DNA of 38,245 nucleotides from a virus (Duplodnaviria > Caudoviricetes): positions 1 through 38,245 of IMG/VR virus record IMGVR_UViG_3300036779_000134; one strand, given 5' to 3'. Position 1 is the first letter of the stretch; each line of letters begins with the position of its first letter. Positions 6,816 through 15,265 of the stretch are shown here, piece by piece. The notes below the pieces were generated by a model. The model was not told the DNA's origin and searched no databases. It saw only the letters and a list, made by a program, of their open reading frames with translations. A program made the translations under genes and the position numbers.

Positions 6816-8762
6816 CTATTGCGCTTTTGGAATTATCCAACCCGCATCGGTCAAAGCCTTGCGCGCTTTGACTTTGTCGTTCCCGTTTGCGCCTAAGTAC
6901 TGCTTGATGACGTCGGCAGTGGCTGCTTTTCCCCCGCCTTGAGGGAGCCCCCCGCCGCTCCCGCCGCCAGGCGCCGCAGTGGGATCGAGCCCATGCTTCT
7001 GGAACACTCTTAGAGCGGAGGGTAATACCGGGCTCCAGTTGCCTACCCCCTGAGCCTGTGCGCGTTGATGGTACGTTTGCAGTTTACTGCCCAGCGCTTT
7101 CAGGTCTTCCTGCACAACGCCCGCGAATTGATCGGGCGAACCCGCCTTGTCGATGCCGGCCTTGATGGATGCGATCTCCGGATCCGTGGCGTTACCCTTG
7201 AGAGCGTTCGCCATTTCGCCGGCCCATACGTTCTTTATCGCTTCGAGGTTAGTGGGAGTACTCGAGCCAAACATCGTCCGCAAGGCGTTATACGCCGCGT
7301 TTCCCGGCTGGAAGTTGCTGTTCTTGAGCGCGGTTGCAGCGTCCAGGAATTGCTCCGCATGCACCGCGCCAGTGTTCAGGTTGCCGATATTCGTTCCATC
7401 AGGACCGGTGGTAAAGGCCTTGCGGATCTGGGCCCGCTGTTCGTTGAACGTCGGATCGTACTTGTAGACCGCGTTCCGTAGCGCGATAGCCGAGAGGCTG
7501 CGGCTTGAAGCTGGCGGCATGTTGTCCCGCCCTTCTGCGATCGCCTTGACCTGCGCGCTAGTTGCCGGGGGAAGAGTGCCAAGGTAATCCTCTCCGGTAA
7601 GGTTCGGCGCCGGCGCGCCGCCGCCCGAGCCGAGGCCCGGAATCGTCAAATTGAACTGCGGGCTGGCCGCGAGCTTAGACTGGTCGAGACGTTTCAGAGC
7701 CGCATTCGCCTTAGCTCTGCTTTCGGGGGACGCTTTCGGATCGACCGCAAGCAGAGAGAGTTCCGCTTCCGTTTTGGGGAGCTGCTGCAACTGTTCCAAT
7801 GCTGCGCTCGCCGCCTGGCGATCGGCCGGCGTCCGGTTGGGATCGGTCGAGGCCTGCACGAGCTCGCCCTCTGTTTTCGGAACCTGGGTAAACATCGCCT
7901 GCTGGCGTTGCTCCGGCGTCATGCCGGTGCGATTGATCAAGGCCTGCATGCCGGGAACCCACTGGCTGCTCTGGTCGAAGACCTGGCGCGAGGCGGGAAA
8001 CGTCGTCGTCTGGCCGCCGCCGGAAATATACTTGTCGCGAATCGCATCGTAATCCGCTGGATTGGTTGCGCTCGCGAGAAGCGATGACGTCGAGGCCCTC
8101 TGCTTCTGTTCGTTGTCCGAAGTGAGCCCCAGTTTTTCAAGGTTGAATTTCTGCGCCGCGGTATCGGCCGTCTGTGTTCTCGCCTGGGCGCTGATCTGCG
8201 CCGCCTGGTTCGTGATCCATTTGTCCGTGTTGAGGCCGGCTTCGTATAACTGTGCGCTCCGGGGGTCCGTATACTGGAAGACCTTGCCCGGGGTTACGAG
8301 CCCCTTCGTCACCAGGTCTTGCCCGATCGAGGCGGCGAGCGAGGCCTGCTTGTTGGGATCTTTCTCCCCAAACATCGGCTGATATGCGGCATGCACCTGA
8401 TCGCGCCACATATCGTGCTCTTCCATCTTGGTCTTGTCGAGCGTGGCCCGGTCTTGCGCTGCTTTTAGGCCCAGCTGTTGCGCGGCGAAGATGTCTTTCG
8501 GCAGAACGCCGTACTGTGGCGCGAGCTTGACGGCCTGGTCGATATCGCCGTTTGACTGGAGATATGCCTTCATGAAGCCCTGCTCGCTCTGAACGTCCAT
8601 CTGCTTCTGCTGAATGCCGAGTTGCGCTTCCTGCTGCTGCAAATTCTGGGTCTTTATCTGGCCCATCTTCGAAAGGGTTTCAAGAGGGTCCGTATACTGC
8701 GCGGGCGTAATCTGAAACCCTTGCAGGTTGGCGGATTGAGGAGGAGCGAAGTCAATGGGCAT
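6816..8762 (-). CDS. DNA ejection protein (P22 gp20-like position)
   Basis: 648 aa, Gln/Ala-rich helical; lies between the gp7-like and gp16-like genes. Confidence 0.7.
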   Translation of the reverse strand: MPIDFAPPQSANLQGFQITPAQYTDPLETLSKMGQIKTQNLQQQEAQLGIQQKQMDVQSEQGFMKAYLQSNGDIDQAVKLAPQYGVLPKDIFAAQQLGLKAAQDRATLDKTKMEEHDMWRDQVHAAYQPMFGEKDPNKQASLAASIGQDLVTKGLVTPGKVFQYTDPRSAQLYEAGLNTDKWITNQAAQISAQARTQTADTAAQKFNLEKLGLTSDNEQKQRASTSSLLASATNPADYDAIRDKYISGGGQTTTFPASRQVFDQSSQWVPGMQALINRTGMTPEQRQQAMFTQVPKTEGELVQASTDPNRTPADRQAASAALEQLQQLPKTEAELSLLAVDPKASPESRAKANAALKRLDQSKLAASPQFNLTIPGLGSGGGAPAPNLTGEDYLGTLPPATSAQVKAIAEGRDNMPPASSRSLSAIALRNAVYKYDPTFNEQRAQIRKAFTTGPDGTNIGNLNTGAVHAEQFLDAATALKNSNFQPGNAAYNALRTMFGSSTPTNLEAIKNVWAGEMANALKGNATDPEIASIKAGIDKAGSPDQFAGVVQEDLKALGSKLQTYHQRAQAQGVGNWSPVLPSALRVFQKHGLDPTAAPGGGSGGGLPQGGGKAATADVIKQYLGANGNDKVKARKALTDAGWIIPKAQ

Positions 8763-8765
8763 GGT

Positions 8766-9860
8766 TTATCCGATCGTATAGCTGCCTGGCCTCGTCGTAA
8801 CGCCCGGCGCATAGTTCGGGAAGCTGGACATGCCGCCGCCCCATCCGCCGCCGCCTCCCCATCCGCTGGCTCCGCCGCCGGACATCCCGCCGGTCATCAT
8901 ACTCAGCGGGTTGAAGCCGCCTGTAAGGCCACCTATCAGTGCGCTATTCGCCGCGCTTCCGATGCCGCCCAGCATGTTGTTCCACTGAGAGGCCGCCCCG
9001 AGGTCTCCTTGCGCGATCGCCTGCTGAGATCCGATCTGCGTATTCGCGAGGTAGTTCGCTCCTGAGAGCGTATTCGACGCTGCGAGGTTCCCTTGGGACA
9101 TATTGGCGTTGCCCGCGTATTGAGCGCCCTGCATCCCCGCCGTGCCTGCATACTGAGCGGCTTCGGTCCCCATAGAGCCCGCGTATTGAGCGGCTTGCGT
9201 TCCCAGCGTTCCGCCGTACTCCGCGGCCTGAAGTCCGGCCTGCCCTGCGGTTCCCGCGGCCTGCTGTCCCATCCCCGCGACCGTCGCCAGGCGTTGGAAG
9301 TTCTGGTTGTAGATGTTCGCTGCGTTTCCGAATGCGGTACCGGCATAGTTCTGGGCATACTGCTGGAGCGCTTTGGCCGTGCCGCCGCTTCCGGTGACTC
9401 CCGCTGCCGCCGCTTGCCTCGCCGCCGCTTGCTGTCCCTGCTGCAATTGGAATTGATAGGCAGGGCTGTACTGCGACATCATCGACGCCGTGAAGGGCTG
9501 AGATGCCGCGGTGAGGCCGTTGGCAGCGGTCGCGCCGGCCTGCATGTAGGGGTTCATGTAGCCGGTCAGGGTATCGGCCGCGGTGGTAGCTCCTCCTGCG
9601 CCAGCCTGAGCCGCTGTAACGGCTCCCTGGCCCGCTGTAGCAGCGGCCGAGGTTGCGCCTGTGCCCGCCGCCGTGGCTGCGTCGGTGACGCCCTGGCCCG
9701 CGGCCTGGCCGGTTGCGATGATGCCCGGATTGACCTGGTTTACCGCGTTGGTGACCGTTTGTCCTGCGGTGTTATAGCCCTTTTGCAGGGCTGAGGCCGC
9801 TGAGTGGGCTGCGCTGGCGCCCTGAATTCCGCCGATTACGCTTGTAATTAATGATGGCGT
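8766..9860 (-). CDS. DNA ejection/pilot protein (P22 gp7-like), ~364 aa with apparent ACG start
   Basis: NPYMQAG...SPAYQFQLQQG...GSGGTAKALQQYAQNYA gp7-like motif; the frame stays open 101 codons above ATG 9557, reading (ACG)PSLITSVIGGIQGASAA. Confidence 0.75.
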   Translation of the reverse strand, partial: TPSLITSVIGGIQGASAAHSAASALQKGYNTAGQTVTNAVNQVNPGIIATGQAAGQGVTDAATAAGTGATSAAATAGQGAVTAAQAGAGGATTAADTLTGYMNPYMQAGATAANGLTAASQPFTASMMSQYSPAYQFQLQQGQQAAARQAAAAGVTGSGGTAKALQQYAQNYAGTAFGNAANIYNQNFQRLATVAGMGQQAAGTAGQAGLQAAEYGGTLGTQAAQYAGSMGTEAAQYAGTAGMQGAQYAGNANMSQGNLAASNTLSGANYLANTQIGSQQAIAQGDLGAASQWNNMLGGIGSAANSALIGGLTGGFNPLSMMTGGMSGGGASGWGGGGGWGGGMSSFPNYAPGVTTRPGSYTIG

Positions 9861-9882
9861 ATAACCCCCTTACTCCTCAATG

Positions 9883-9891
9883 TGTTACACT
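9883..9891 (+). promoter_or_regulatory. Extended -10 promoter for the antisense moron
   Basis: TG-T-TACACT upstream of AGGAG RBS and TTG 9927. Confidence 0.5.
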
Positions 9892-9926
9892 GAAGACGCC
9901 GGTAATCAACCGGCAGGAGAAAACAC

Positions 9927-10184
9927 TTGATCGAACACATAACCGACAGCCAGATTCTGACCATTACAATTGCCGTCGTTTTCCCGATTGTGGCCGTCAT
10001 CTATTCGCAAGTAGCGTCCAAGGATCGCTTCGGCGATCTTATCCAGTCGATGAACCATCGCTTTGACGCTATAGACAAACGCTTTGACACCCTGGAAAAA
10101 CACACCGATGCGAAGATTGACAATGCGTTCGCCCACATGGAGATGTTGCTGAAGATCCACGAACTGGAACACCACAAGAAATAA
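9927..10184 (+). CDS. Moron: single-TM + coiled-coil protein
   Basis: Hydrophobic ILTITIAVVFPIVAVIY followed by RFDAIDKRFDTL heptads; AGGAG RBS; antisense to the late genes. Confidence 0.7.
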   Translation: MIEHITDSQILTITIAVVFPIVAVIYSQVASKDRFGDLIQSMNHRFDAIDKRFDTLEKHTDAKIDNAFAHMEMLLKIHELEHHKK

Positions 10185-10243
10185 CAGTCTCCGTCGCGCA
10201 TACTCCATGTAAACGGAGCGTGGGATTGATAACCCCGAGGGGC

Positions 10244-10717
10244 CTACGTAACGGCCCCATTCCCCACCGGCATTCCCAGCACGATCAGATCCTGCAGCTT
10301 GCCATGCTTCATGAACGCCTGCGGATGCGTGCCGACGTGCCGCATTCCGATCCCGTGCGTCCCGTAATAGATCGCCGCCCTGTTGGTGCGCGGGACTTCG
10401 GCGACGAGACGCCGGCATTCCGTACGTTCTCCCAGCCATGGCGCGAGCTCGCGGGCCGCTTCCCATTTCTCCGGGGTGATCGCTTCCGGGAGCATACAGA
10501 CGTGCAGTTCCCAGCAGTGACAGTTTCTTGGGAACAGAGCGAACAGCCCCACGTTCCCGCTCCCGTTCCGCGCGATCAGATACCGGATATCCGGATGTAT
10601 GTTGACCGCGTACTCCTCACGCGGGACCAGGTAATCGTCTCCCATGTGCTCGTACGCTTGCGGGTTGGTCAGGATCTCTCGCACCAGGTTGTAATCCGTG
10701 GTGAGCTGGAAGTCCAT
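10244..10717 (-). CDS. DUF2824 / GNAT-like virion assembly protein (P22 gp14-like)
   Basis: WELHVCMLP...RRLVAEVPRTNRAA...GMRHVG...AFMKHGKLQD; position before the ejection genes. Confidence 0.75.
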   Translation of the reverse strand: MDFQLTTDYNLVREILTNPQAYEHMGDDYLVPREEYAVNIHPDIRYLIARNGSGNVGLFALFPRNCHCWELHVCMLPEAITPEKWEAARELAPWLGERTECRRLVAEVPRTNRAAIYYGTHGIGMRHVGTHPQAFMKHGKLQDLIVLGMPVGNGAVT

Positions 10718-11779
10718 TTACGGTGAAACCCACAAGGCGCTAATCCGGGTATGGGGCGAGGCGACGATCGAGGTTCCCGTGCCACTTGTTTTGAATGCTT
10801 GCAGTTCGGCGAACGCCCCTGCAGGAGCGGTCGCGAGCCATTGCTGGGCCTGGGTTCCGCGCTGTCCGGCAGCCGCCGCAACCAATACCGCCGAGCCTGA
10901 GTTGGCCACCCCGTTCACGAATAATTCGCCGATAAAAGCGGCATTGACGTCGCCAGCGCCCTGGGCGATGAAGTCGAACACGCCGATCACGAGATACGTC
11001 CCCGCGACGGTCAATGTGAGGTTGGCCCCCGGTACGGACTGGTTAGCGGCGGTGAGAGTCAGATTACTCGTGGAGGAGGCAAGGAGCAGCAGATTCTGCG
11101 GCGTAGCCGGCGGGGGCGTGACTTCCACCCACGCGCTCTGCGACCAGATGAACTCGCGCTGTTGATCGGTACCGCGAAAGTCGAACCCGGCGTCGTGTAC
11201 GCCCAGATCCGTGGGGCGCTGATCCGGACTGAGAGTCCCCCACATCGTGCCCGCGATGTATTGCCATGCGCCGTTCTCATTCTGATAGATGACGCTGCCG
11301 CGGTCCCATTCGACATACAACACGCCCTCTGCCGTATCGGCCGGCAGGGGACGCGCCGCATGGGTTCCATACTGCACCGGAGTGACTTCGACCCATTGGG
11401 TTTGCGACCAGATGAACTCGCGGGCCTGATCCGTGCCGCGGAAGTCGAAGCCGCCATCATGCACGCCGAGGTCAGTCGGCCTCAGGTCCGGGTTCAGCGT
11501 GCCCCACATCGTGCCGGCCAGATGCTCCCACGTCCCCTGATAGTTGTAATAGGCTACGCCGCGGTCGCTTTCGACGTAGATCGCTCCATCCGGTACGCTG
11601 GCCGGGTCGGGACGCGCCGAATGCGTGCCCTGGGTTGCACTGGGCGCCTGCAACTGCTGAAGCAGCAATTGCCCGGTGCGCGTGACCGTGCCGTCTGCAT
11701 TCACGATAGGGGCCTGCGTGGACACCACGGGTATCGGCGTGGTCTTGCGGTTGTTCGCGTTAATGTTTGGGCGAGGCAT
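10718..11779 (-). CDS. Tail needle/fibre-like protein with two ~88-aa repeats and a C-terminal beta-sandwich
   Basis: PIVNADGTVTR N-terminus, GTHxARP...WVEVTP repeat x2, BclA/C1q-like tail; located after the gp10-like gene. Confidence 0.65.
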   Translation of the reverse strand: MPRPNINANNRKTTPIPVVSTQAPIVNADGTVTRTGQLLLQQLQAPSATQGTHSARPDPASVPDGAIYVESDRGVAYYNYQGTWEHLAGTMWGTLNPDLRPTDLGVHDGGFDFRGTDQAREFIWSQTQWVEVTPVQYGTHAARPLPADTAEGVLYVEWDRGSVIYQNENGAWQYIAGTMWGTLSPDQRPTDLGVHDAGFDFRGTDQQREFIWSQSAWVEVTPPPATPQNLLLLASSTSNLTLTAANQSVPGANLTLTVAGTYLVIGVFDFIAQGAGDVNAAFIGELFVNGVANSGSAVLVAAAAGQRGTQAQQWLATAPAGAFAELQAFKTSGTGTSIVASPHTRISALWVSP

Positions 11780-11936
11780 CGCTCTTTAGCGCGTCGATCG
11801 CTTTGCCGATATCGTACGCGGCAGTTCTGAGGCGCGTCAGAATATCGGCTTGCGTTTTTTCAAGATGCGCCCCCGTGAGCTCGATAAGGGCGCTGGTTAC
11901 GCACTCTTTCCACCCTTGCGAATCCTCTAATGCCAT
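11760..11936 (-). CDS. 58-aa hypothetical protein
   Basis: MALEDSQGWKECV...; overlaps the gp10-like stop and the next gene start. Confidence 0.55.
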   Translation of the reverse strand: MALEDSQGWKECVTSALIELTGAHLEKTQADILTRLRTAAYDIGKAIDALKSDASPKH

Positions 11937-13924
11937 GTCGCATCCGTCCAGTTCAGGTAAGCATTCGCGAGCGAGACATCCACCGAGGGATCGAGGGTCT
12001 GCTGAAACACCTGGTGAAAACTCTGCGTCCGGTCGTCCGACCATGCAAGGGTGAAAGTCACTCCCGAGGTCTCCGATGTCTGCTCCGTGTCCAACTGCCA
12101 GATGCGGTCCCTTCCGTTGCCCAGCCTGTTCCAGAAGACTCTTTGCAAGCCGAGCACGTCGCAATCGATCTCGAACCGAGCATAGAAGCGCCGCATGTTC
12201 TCGTTGGTCAGATGAGGAGCGCGCCGCCGTCTTACGGCAATCGCGCCGTCATCGGTCTTATAGGCGGATGACATGATGTATATCTGTCCGGTCGAGTAAT
12301 CGCCCGCATAGTGAACGTCGGTTTTGCCGTCGAGAGCAACTACGCAGTGAACCCACGGCCGGATCCGGTCCCATGACGCGCCGTTATACCATCCCCACTG
12401 TCCCCACCATCCGGTCGTAGCGTCGTAGAACCATGTCGCATTGGCGGTCGGGAAGTTAATCACCCAGAGTTCATGCCCCTGATACATCAGATTGAACGCC
12501 ACGGCATCCGAGACGATCGGGTATTTCGCCCATGCCGCCTCGACCGCCGGATTTGACACTACGGTGGGTTGGTAACCGACAGCCTGCACCGCTTTGCGCG
12601 TTCCACGGCGCGTGTCCTGCGCAATCCAGGCGACGCCGTTTCCGAGGCGGGTGAAGGAGAACGGCGCCTGACAGCCGATATGCATGATCGCCCCCGGGTC
12701 GGGAGCAAACGGGTTGTTCGCGTCCCCCACATCGCGCCATACTTCGGTTGATTCCAGATCTCCCGAGGTGTAAAGTTCCTCATGGTCCGCGAATAATGCC
12801 ACCACGTTGTCCGGATAATCGGCCTTATCGAAAAAGTTCAACGGATCCCACATCGTGCCGTCTATCGTTCCGTCTGGAGCTCCCGAGTAGAACACGTCCT
12901 TGGTGGGAGGATAGGGCGCCGTGAAGAAGTAGCCATCGAGAAATTCGCCCTGCGATGCCGTGACAAGCTGCGCGGGGATCGAGCCCACGCCTCCCGTAGA
13001 GCCTTGCGCGCCGGCCGACGTTAATAGATGCGCCTGGCCTGTCGGATTCCCGTTGTTATCGAATACGATGCCCACGATCTGGTACGTTCCAGGCGTAAAA
13101 CCGGCGCCGGATGTGATCGTGATCGAGAGGCCAACGTCGGAGGGGCCGAACTTATGGGTAGGGGACAGAATCACGAAACCGGCAGCTAATAGCTGTAGGT
13201 CGGTAAAGCTGTAGTTCCCGATCCACTCAACGCCCGTTCCCAGCCCTGACCCCGGAGTTCCCCACGCGCTTGCTCCGACCGCTCCCCCATTCGCATTCAC
13301 GCTCGTAATCGCCTGCTGCAGCCACACGTTGAAGCCACCGCCTCCGGTGATCATGACGGTTCGGTCTACGTCCGTTTGGTCGAAGAAACCTCCGGTGGAC
13401 GTGGTGAGCGTCTTTCCGCTGGTATCCGCCGGATCGACCAACAGGTCGGTGAGAGGATCCGAGAACTGCGCCGCGACGGGACCGTTGCCGTTGTCGATGT
13501 AGGCATGTCCCGCGCTGATGAGCATCACCTGCGAGCCGTTTGAGAAGAATTGCACGCGCCCGCCGTCGTTGCCGATTGTGCCTCCTGCGGGCCCGACGTT
13601 TGAAGCGCCGCTGAATCCCGGCGTCGAACGGTCGATGATCGTTCCGTTCGCCAGAATCTCGTAGAAATGCGCGCCGCCCGTCGCAAAGAGGCGAAACTCG
13701 CCGGGGTATACGCCGCGCACCGGAACCTGCGGGAGGGTGACGAACGTCTTCAGGCCGGGGAGCCGGATCAGCGAGCAGCGGGTGTTCTTATCGTGTACGT
13801 CCGTCCCCTGCCCTTCGACCGAGACAGAGACCTTCTCCGGTAGCCAGTTCATGGTGAACTCGGACTGTATGTTGGGGCTGAAGGGAGTCCCAAAAGGCCC
13901 GCAAAATGAGTCGAACCTGGGCAT
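11927..13924 (-). CDS. Tail hub / packaged DNA stabilization protein (P22 gp10-like)
   Basis: PGLKTF...FLDGYF...WDPLNF..A..YPD...STEVW...IGCQAPFS...WFYDATT..W motifs. Confidence 0.85.
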   Translation of the reverse strand: MPRFDSFCGPFGTPFSPNIQSEFTMNWLPEKVSVSVEGQGTDVHDKNTRCSLIRLPGLKTFVTLPQVPVRGVYPGEFRLFATGGAHFYEILANGTIIDRSTPGFSGASNVGPAGGTIGNDGGRVQFFSNGSQVMLISAGHAYIDNGNGPVAAQFSDPLTDLLVDPADTSGKTLTTSTGGFFDQTDVDRTVMITGGGGFNVWLQQAITSVNANGGAVGASAWGTPGSGLGTGVEWIGNYSFTDLQLLAAGFVILSPTHKFGPSDVGLSITITSGAGFTPGTYQIVGIVFDNNGNPTGQAHLLTSAGAQGSTGGVGSIPAQLVTASQGEFLDGYFFTAPYPPTKDVFYSGAPDGTIDGTMWDPLNFFDKADYPDNVVALFADHEELYTSGDLESTEVWRDVGDANNPFAPDPGAIMHIGCQAPFSFTRLGNGVAWIAQDTRRGTRKAVQAVGYQPTVVSNPAVEAAWAKYPIVSDAVAFNLMYQGHELWVINFPTANATWFYDATTGWWGQWGWYNGASWDRIRPWVHCVVALDGKTDVHYAGDYSTGQIYIMSSAYKTDDGAIAVRRRRAPHLTNENMRRFYARFEIDCDVLGLQRVFWNRLGNGRDRIWQLDTEQTSETSGVTFTLAWSDDRTQSFHQVFQQTLDPSVDVSLANAYLNWTDATWH

Positions 13925-13954
13925 CAGATTTCCGTTGCTATCCTAAAGGCAATT

Positions 13955-14464
13955 ATGGAGACTCTCGAACATCCCCCGATCGATAAGTCGTCTTGGGGTC
14001 CGGGACCGTGGCAGGACGAGCCCGATCGGATCGAATTTCAGTACGCCGGCATGCCGTGTCTCATGCTGCGCCATGACCGATACGGTCACTGGTGCGGATA
14101 CGCCACGGTTCCTCCCGGCCATCCGCTTCACGGGAAGAGCTACCACGAAGTCGACATCCGGGCGCATGGCGGCCTGAACTATGCGAACGAATGCGAGGGT
14201 GATGTCTGCCATGTGCCGGCTCCCGGCGAGCCCGATGATGTCTGGTGGTTTGGGTTCGACTGCGCGCACGCTGGAGATTTTTCTCCCGGATTGGAAGCCG
14301 AACTCCTGAGCATCCCCAAAATCGTGGAGATGCGTCGCCATAAATACCGAGACCTTATCCGAGATGACGTCTACCGCGATATGCATTACGTTCGGCGCCA
14401 GACCGAGAGGCTCGCCGAGCAATTGAGCGGAATTCAGAGCCCGGGGATTGTGCCCGTAACGTAA
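13955..14464 (+). CDS. Moron: WCGY/HGG/GFDCAH family protein, paralog 1
   Basis: GPWQDEPD...GHWCGY..VPPGHPLHG...HGGLNY...WWFGFDCAHAGD; extended -10 TGCTATCCT just upstream. Confidence 0.85.
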   Translation: METLEHPPIDKSSWGPGPWQDEPDRIEFQYAGMPCLMLRHDRYGHWCGYATVPPGHPLHGKSYHEVDIRAHGGLNYANECEGDVCHVPAPGEPDDVWWFGFDCAHAGDFSPGLEAELLSIPKIVEMRRHKYRDLIRDDVYRDMHYVRRQTERLAEQLSGIQSPGIVPVT

Positions 14465-15264
14465 TTAAAATCCCCACGCGGACTCGAATTTGTACCCCAG
14501 TCGGCGGATGCGATCCGTGGGGGCAGATAGTTATTGCTCTGCAGAGCGTCCCGCGCTTTCATGGCGCGTCTTGCGAGGTTGGGAGGCATCTCCGTACCCC
14601 ACAGATCCACGAGCTCTTCCGCGAGCGTCAGGGTGACGGCAGCCCGATATGCCGGCGGCGCTATGAAGCAGTCGTCGAGCGTGACAAACTCTTGGAGCTG
14701 CACCATCGTTTCGAGGCGCACGCCGTACGGATAGTTGGGCTCCATCCAGAAGAAGATTTCTCCGTTCGGGACATCCGGTTCGTAGTAGAGATCAGTCGGG
14801 ACGTTCGACGTGACCGCTTTGGTGCGCTGCGCGGCCCACCAGGCGCTATCCCGGACGTTGATCGGCTGCTCCGTGGCGGGGTTCGTATCGTTCAAGATCA
14901 GGGAAGCCGAGACGATCTGCACCGGCCGCTGATTCGCCGCGAAATCAGGCGCGAGCAGTCCAGGCCCGATCAGTCCAGGCCCGATCAGGTGCGGCTGATG
15001 GCCCGGCGTCAGGTTGTAAGCCTGAAACGTCGTCGTCCAGGAATAGCATCCTCTTGCGCTCCAGTAATCGATCTGCTGATTGAGGAAGATCATCCCGTCG
15101 ATTGCTTCAGACGCGGATATCTGGCCTTGTGGACGATGGAGCACACGGGCCTCGCGGAATGCGATATATAGAACGTCCCGGCACTTCGTGCCGCACGCCG
15201 GGGAAACAGCGCCGCCCCCGAATGTCGATTGATTCCACTCGAGTCCTTCATTGAATAGTGGCAT
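14434..15264 (-). CDS. Head-tail adaptor (P22 gp4-like), copy 2
   Basis: AFREARVL...LNQQIDYWS...RPVQIVSA...PTDLYYEP..PNGEIFFW..P...PPAYRAA...LAEEL. Confidence 0.7.
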   Translation of the reverse strand: MPLFNEGLEWNQSTFGGGAVSPACGTKCRDVLYIAFREARVLHRPQGQISASEAIDGMIFLNQQIDYWSARGCYSWTTTFQAYNLTPGHQPHLIGPGLIGPGLLAPDFAANQRPVQIVSASLILNDTNPATEQPINVRDSAWWAAQRTKAVTSNVPTDLYYEPDVPNGEIFFWMEPNYPYGVRLETMVQLQEFVTLDDCFIAPPAYRAAVTLTLAEELVDLWGTEMPPNLARRAMKARDALQSNNYLPPRIASADWGTNSSPRGDFNYVTGTIPGL

Positions 15265-15265
15265 G

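Noticed and set aside
11118-11530. DGR template/variable repeat pair
   Set aside because: Differences are mostly synonymous and not adenine-specific, both copies are in one ORF, and there is no reverse transcriptase in the genome.
14957-14990. 15-bp duplication (LIGPGLIGPG) in gp4-like copy 2
   Set aside because: In-frame micro-duplication in a probable loop, likely neutral.
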